This document shows, piece after piece, positions 7,410 to 12,495 of a DNA stretch of 12,495 bases (within the stretch, counting starts at the first letter, position 1; each line of letters begins with the position of its first letter). Position numbers and translations under genes: made by a program. The notes below the pieces were generated by a model. The model made no database searches, had not been told where the DNA came from, and worked only from the letters and a program-made list of their open reading frames with translations. The stretch spans positions 1 to 12,495 of the forward strand of contig CAVYAN010000032.1 in NCBI GenBank assembly GCA_963766075.1, read 5' to 3'. The DNA is from an uncultured cyanobacterium. Its GTDB lineage: Bacteria > Cyanobacteriota > Cyanobacteriia > Leptolyngbyales > Leptolyngbyaceae.

Positions 7410-9215
7410 ATGGCTCAGTTTCCCATCGCTCTACCCATCGCCGTTTTGTTCATCAGCTTGCCGGGGGCCGGAACCACACCAACGCTGGCCCAAATGCCAA
7501 CCGTAGCCCAACTTCCGGCACCTAGCTCGACCTCCCCGCCACCAGCGCGATCGCCATCGCCCCAAGACCTCATCCCCCGACCCAATCCACTCCCGCCACT
7601 CCCCGAAATTCCGCCGCTGACTGCCCCGCCCGCAGAGCTACTCCCCAACCCCCAACCCCAATCCCCCGAAACAGCACCGCCCAACCTGCCCATCAAGTTT
7701 CGGGTTACAGGATTCAAATTTGAAGGAGGCACCGTCTTCAAAGATCAAGAGTTGCTGAACGCGATCGCCACTGCTCTAAAACTCGACCCCGCCACCCTGC
7801 TACCCCGCGAATTCACCTTTGCTGAGCTGCTCGAAGCCCGCTCCGCCATCACCAAACTCTATATCGATAAGCACTACATCACCTCCGGCGCTTTGATTCC
7901 TGCCGAGCAAACCGTTCCGCCGGAAGGGGGAATCGTCCGGATCCAAATCGTGGAAGGCGGCTTAGAAGACATCAAAGTCATCGGCACCCGGCGGTTGCAG
8001 CCCGGTTATATCAGCAGCCGATTGGCGATCGCCACCCCCAAGCCCTTGAATCGCGATCGCCTCCTGGATGCCCTGCAACTGCTGTCTCAATCGGGCCTGA
8101 TTGATAAAATCTCGGCGGAGTTGGCGGCGGGTTCCGCCTTTGGCAGCAGCATCTTGGAAGTCACCCTCCGCGAGGCTTCGACCTTGCATGGGGAAATTAA
8201 TCTTGACAACAATCGCTCCCCCGCCGTCGGCAGTTTTCGGCGCGGCATCACCTTGCACGAAGACAACGTCACTGGTTTGGGCGATCAATTCAGCGTCGCC
8301 TATGCCAATACCGATGGCAGTAATGCGCTTAACTTCAGTTACACAATCCCCGTTAGTCCCCATAACACCACCCTGGAACTGAGTTACAGCACTACTTCCA
8401 GCAACATCATCGAAAACCCCTTCAACGCACTGGACATTACGTCTAAATCCCGCACCTATGAAGTCACGCTGCGCCATCCCCTCATTCGCTCCGTCAAGCA
8501 AGAACTCGGCGTCGGCCTCACCTTCGCCCGCGAAGAGACAGACACTGCCCTCGGCTTTGAAAATATCGGTCCCTTTCCCCTCTCCCCCGGAGCCGATGCC
8601 GATGGCCACACGCGCCTCTCCGTCCTCCGCCTGTTTCAGGACTATGTGCATCGCAACGAAAAAGCCGTCTTCGCCCTGCGCTCTGAATTCAGCCTGGGCC
8701 TGGACCTCCTAGATGCCACCCGCAACGAAATTCCACCGGATGGGCGGTTTTTTGCTTGGCGGGGACAGGCGCAATGGGTGCGGCTATTGGGGCCAAACCT
8801 ACCGCTGGTACTGCGCGGAAACATCCAGCTCGCCGATCGCCCCCTAGTGGCCCTAGAGCAATTTACCCTAGGCGGTCAATTTAGCGTCCGAGGCTATCGG
8901 CAGGATGCTCTGCTGGCAGACAATGGGGCCTTTGGCTCGGTGGAAGTGCGACTCCCCATCCTGCGCTTTCCCGAATCCAATACCCTGGTTCAATTGGTGC
9001 CCTTTGTGGATGTGGGCACAATTTGGAATAACTCAAAAGATGCCAAATTACCTACCGATACATTGGTTTCAACTGGGCTCGGGTTACGGGTCCAAGTCAG
9101 CGATCGCGTTGATTTCCGCTTTGATTGGGGCATTCCCCTGGTATCACTCAATTCGTCCAAAAAAACGCTGCAAGAACAAGGAATCTACCTGACTTTCCTA
9201 TGGAAACTTTTCTAA
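7410..9215 (+). CDS. ShlB/FhaC/HecB-family two-partner secretion outer-membrane transporter (TpsB)
   Basis: Signal-like N-terminus, Pro-rich linker, POTRA motifs (FKFEGGTVF, ITKLYIDKHYITSGALIP, VRIQIVEG), LDNNRSPAVGS, and the loop-6 VRGY motif (EQFTLGGQFSVRGYRQD). Ends in a beta-strand with terminal Phe. Intact 601-aa ORF. Confidence 0.95.
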   Translation: MAQFPIALPIAVLFISLPGAGTTPTLAQMPTVAQLPAPSSTSPPPARSPSPQDLIPRPNPLPPLPEIPPLTAPPAELLPNPQPQSPETAPPNLPIKFRVTGFKFEGGTVFKDQELLNAIATALKLDPATLLPREFTFAELLEARSAITKLYIDKHYITSGALIPAEQTVPPEGGIVRIQIVEGGLEDIKVIGTRRLQPGYISSRLAIATPKPLNRDRLLDALQLLSQSGLIDKISAELAAGSAFGSSILEVTLREASTLHGEINLDNNRSPAVGSFRRGITLHEDNVTGLGDQFSVAYANTDGSNALNFSYTIPVSPHNTTLELSYSTTSSNIIENPFNALDITSKSRTYEVTLRHPLIRSVKQELGVGLTFAREETDTALGFENIGPFPLSPGADADGHTRLSVLRLFQDYVHRNEKAVFALRSEFSLGLDLLDATRNEIPPDGRFFAWRGQAQWVRLLGPNLPLVLRGNIQLADRPLVALEQFTLGGQFSVRGYRQDALLADNGAFGSVEVRLPILRFPESNTLVQLVPFVDVGTIWNNSKDAKLPTDTLVSTGLGLRVQVSDRVDFRFDWGIPLVSLNSSKKTLQEQGIYLTFLWKLF

Positions 9216-12192
9216 ACCGGCTATTTCCCAGGATTACTGCTTTCCTGTCTCGGCGCAGACGACCAGCACCCCTGTGGCTCTGATGATCGCCGTGATTGCG
9301 TTTGTTAGCAGCGTAACTATTCATGCGATCGCTCCCGATCGCGCACTAACGGCAACGCCACCGTCAGCCGTACTGTCAGACTCATCATCAGACTCACCAG
9401 CAGCTTCAGGGATTTGTCTGAACCCGGCTACAACCGCCGCCGACCTTAGCCGGTTGGGCATGGAAAAGTATCAATCTGGCCAGTTTGGTGATGCCCGCGA
9501 TTGCTGGCGGCAGGCCCGTAAACAGCATCAGGGGACAGCGGAGATCGCCGACCAAATCAATCAAGCCCAGGCTGAACAGGCATTGGGGCTGTATCCCTTG
9601 GCCTGCAAAACGCTTTTGCCCCTCTACAGCCCCACGATTCTTGACTGCAAAGCTCTACCCCAAGCTGACAGTGCGAAAGATAATCGGGCGCGGGTGCAGT
9701 TCTTGGAGCAAGTTAAGGCCAATGCCAACACCCCCGACAAGATCGCGGGCTTACACAGTTTAGGCAACATTCTGCGTGGGGTTGGGAGCCTTAGAACTGT
9801 CTCAGACCGTGTTGTCGTTAGCCCAGATCCCGGAGAGTCCCGATCTACAGTTAGATTTGGGTAATACCTACCGAGCATTGAGCGATCGCGCCTGGGACTT
9901 ATATTGGCGATCGGGGGAAGCACCCGACTTGCAAGATGCCATCAAGAACGCCCGCGCTGCCCTGCAAAACTATACGACGGTAGCCTCGGCTGCGGGACAG
10001 TCGGTTGCGGGACGGTCGGTTGCTCCATTGGCCCCAGAGACCATCACCCTGGCCCAACAGCAAGCCGAATTGAACCAGTTGAGTTTGCTCCTAGCTCAGC
10101 AGCGGGAGTTGGATTGTCTGCAAGATTCGACTCACCAGGGTTGCCGGTTTGAAAAACAGCAGCAACGAATAAAAAATCAAAGCAAATTAGCAGGGCAACT
10201 CTGGTCCAGCGAGATCCAGAATCAGCTCAATCGGTTCCTCTCGGGGAGCGATCCATCGCATTCGTTGTCAGCCCTGCTGGCTCAAATCGAGCAACTGCCG
10301 GTGGATCACACCACCCTACAGTTACGCCTCAACTTAGCCCAAATCCTGATCGATCTCCCCACCTTCAAAAATCTGCCGAGTCGCCACAAGTTCTCAATGG
10401 CAGAGCACTCTGGAAATCCTGGCTAAAAGCCACCCTTAATCTGACTCAAAATGATAGTCGAGAACGCTCCTACGTCATGGGATATTTGGGTCAGTGGTAT
10501 CAGCATCAGCCTGTACCCGACTGGACAGCGGCGGAACTCTGGACACAGAAAGCGCTATTACTGGCACAAGCGATTCCAGCCGACGAGATTGCCTATCAGT
10601 GGCAGTGGCAGTTGGGGCAAATTTATCATACACAACCCCAGACGTCTAGTTCAAATCGAAATCCCAAACAAAAGCGCAATCAAAAGCCCAAACGGCGACC
10701 CCGGCAATGGCGATCGCCAGTTAGAAGCCCGCGAAGCTTACAACAGCGCCTTTGAAACCTTGCAATCACTGCGCGGAGAATTAGCCGCCAGTAACCCCGA
10801 TACACAGCTCTCCTTCCAGCAAAACATTGAGACCATCTATCGCGAATATATCGATCTGCTGCTGACAGACAACACCGAACCGAGCCAGCCTGACTTGAAG
10901 ATGGCCCGTGACGTAATTGCAGCACTCCAAGCCGTGGAAATTGAAAACTTCCTGCGGCAAGGCTGTCCCGAAAATAACCTGGCGGCCATTGATAAAATTA
11001 TTGATAGCCAAGCGGGTGAAAAGACAGCCGCTTTTTCGCCCATCGTTTTAGCCAGTGCCGATGGTAAAACGGTTAGAGTCGAAGTCATTCTCAAACTGCC
11101 GGATCCGACTCATACAACGCAAAACCCCGCCCTGAACCAGCAGAAACAGAATGCGGGCAAGCCTGAGAAAGCAACTAACCCGGCTGCATCAGCTGCCGGA
11201 TCCTTAAAGCACTACCGCACCGTGATTGATCGCCAAGAGTTCACCAGCACCATTCGTGACCTCCAGTACGATCTCGAAGAAGAATATACGTTTCGCAGCG
11301 TCAAACAGAAAGCCCACAAGGTGTATCAATGGCTACTGGCCGAAGCCGAGCAACGCGGTGATCTCAACGGCATTGATACGCTGGTCTTTGCGTTGGATAC
11401 CCGCTTGCGGAACATCCCGTTGGCGGCCTTAGTGTACGACCCCACGCTGGATACGCCCGATCGCCAAGGCTACTTGATTGAGAAATATGCCGTGGCGATC
11501 GCACCCCGATTAAAACTCCAAGATGCCGAGCGGTTTCCGGCGAAAGCACTCAAGGTGCTGGCAGTTGGGCTGAGTGAAAAGCCCAAGGTGAAATTTCAGG
11601 GTCGGTTAGCGAACCGATCCTTTCCGGCGCTGCCCTATGTCAAACAGGAATTGCAGATCCTGGAGTCGATGGATCACAAGAAACTCGCCGTCTCCTCCCT
11701 TTTAGATCCGCAGTTCACCGCTAGGGGTTCCAACAAGCACTCAACACCACGACGATCGACATCCTGCACCTGGCCACCCACGGTGAATTCAGCTCCAGAC
11801 CCGAAGGCACATTTATTTTGTCTGCGGATGAGCAGGTGATGAATGTGACGGAGCTGGAACAGATTTTTCGCGATCGCAACCCCAAGCAGGCCAATACGAT
11901 TGGCTTACTGATTTTAAGCGCCTGTGAAACGGCAACGGGCGATCAACGCGCCACCCTGGGGATTTCGGGGGTGGCGGTCAGGGCGGGGGCAAGAGCCGCG
12001 ATCGCCTCCCTCTGGACACTAGATGATGAAGTGAGTGTGACCTTTATCGAAAAACTGTACGAACAACTGACGGATCCGGCCCTCACCAAGGTGCGGGCGT
12101 TGAGAGCCGCCCAACTGGCCCTGGCAAAGGAGGAGGGCTATGAACATCCGCGCTACTGGGCACCGTATATCTTTGTTGGCAATTGGTTGTGA
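9200..12192 (+). CDS. Signal-peptide/TPR-like + CHAT domain protease, interrupted by frameshifts as sequenced
   Basis: Probable start ATG 9200 overlapping the tpsB end (METFLNRLFPRITAFLSRRRRPAP then VALMIAVIAF, needs +1 at ~9270; GTG 9274 is the alternative). TPR-like segments NQAQAEQALG, LHSLGNILRG, LDLGNTYRAL, SYVMGYLGQWY, IAYQWQWQLGQI. CHAT domain with LRNIPLAAL, HLATHG (11767-11784), LILSACETATGD (Cys 11923-11925), ASLW and HPRYWAPYIFVGNWL. Indels at ~9780, ~10375, ~10425, ~10680, ~11725. Confidence 0.9.
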
Positions 12193-12234
12193 TATCCCCA
12201 ATGAAACCTTTCCTATTGAACAGGACTTAAGCGC

Positions 12235-12495
12235 GTGGCAAGTAATGTTGATCAGTTAAAAGAAATAATTGGCAGCAAGTTGTCAGATGAAGAGCTTCAC
12301 AAATTCATCGGCTTGCTCAGTAATCGCTCTGTTGAGGTTCAAGGCAATGCCACAGGAGCCGCAATCATCACGGGGGATAATAACACCACCAACACGACGT
12401 TCAATACGTTCAATATCACTCAAAGCACCAATCGCAGCGAATTACTAGAGCTGCTTGATCAACTCGAAAAACAGCAACAGCTTCCTGTACGGTGC
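12235..12495 (+). CDS. 5' part of an ORF running off the window: short helical N-terminus + putative amyloid motif
   Basis: GTG 12235 with AGGA at 12222-12225, open to the window end: MASNVDQLKEIIGSKLSDEELHKFIGLLSNRSVEVQGNATGAAIITGDNNTTNTTFNTFNITQSTNRSELLELLDQLEKQQQLPVRC. Absent from the ORF track because it has no stop in the window. Confidence 0.75.
   Translation, partial: MASNVDQLKEIIGSKLSDEELHKFIGLLSNRSVEVQGNATGAAIITGDNNTTNTTFNTFNITQSTNRSELLELLDQLEKQQQLPVRC
12322..12387 (+). other. Putative amyloid/homotypic interaction motif, copy 2 (aa 30-51 of the last ORF)
   Basis: NRSVEVQGNATGAAIITGDNNT, matching 2718-2783. Confidence 0.7.

Larger units (their letters stand above)
571..12005. repeat. 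HIP1 octamer GCGATCGC, dispersed
   Basis: Found by eye at 571, 1636, 2089, 2544, 3658, 3803, 4315, 7547, 7761, 8025, 8053, 9100, 9325, 9882, 10710, 11495, 11870, 11998. This density is a cyanobacterial hallmark. Confidence 0.9.

Noticed and set aside
7490..7690. C-rich low-complexity tract
   Set aside because: Explained by the proline-rich periplasmic linker typical of cyanobacterial TpsB/Omp85 proteins.
7962..8651. 229-aa minus-strand ORF and other antisense or alternate-frame ORFs (e.g. 17..262, 742..1104, 5072..5461, 6949..7506)
   Set aside because: They are shadows of well-supported + strand genes and contain no motifs of their own.
10451..10680. N-terminus of the 462-aa track ORF (MIVENAPTSW...) as a real protein start
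   Set aside because: The conserved TPR-like sequence here (SYVMGYLGQWY...IAYQWQWQLGQI) is in the 10477..10755 frame. The 462-aa ORF is correct only from ~10680 to ~11725.

Overview
Cyanobacterial DNA (18 HIP1 GCGATCGC sites counted by eye), with all supported genes on the + strand. In order: 3' part of a PR-1/CRISP-type CAP gene; LysM + lysozyme-like gene; small Gly/Ala-rich membrane protein; cytoplasmic CHAT (caspase-like) protease with a C-terminal helical domain; a two-partner secretion locus (frameshifted filamentous-haemagglutinin-family TpsA, intact ShlB/FhaC-family TpsB, frameshifted signal-peptide TPR-CHAT protease); and the start of an ORF not in the supplied track (12235 to the window end). 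The best signal is a 22-aa Gly/Asn/Thr-rich motif shared (14/22 identical) by the cytoplasmic CHAT protein (NRSVSIGGNMTGSVIQTGDSNT) and the N-terminus of the last ORF (NRSVEVQGNATGAAIITGDNNT). It resembles bacterial amyloid-signalling (BASS/RHIM-like) motifs and suggests a sensor-to-caspase signalling pair bracketing the TPS-CHAT operon; this function is inference. Most of the frameshifts that could be located fall in short homopolymers and may be sequencing errors.
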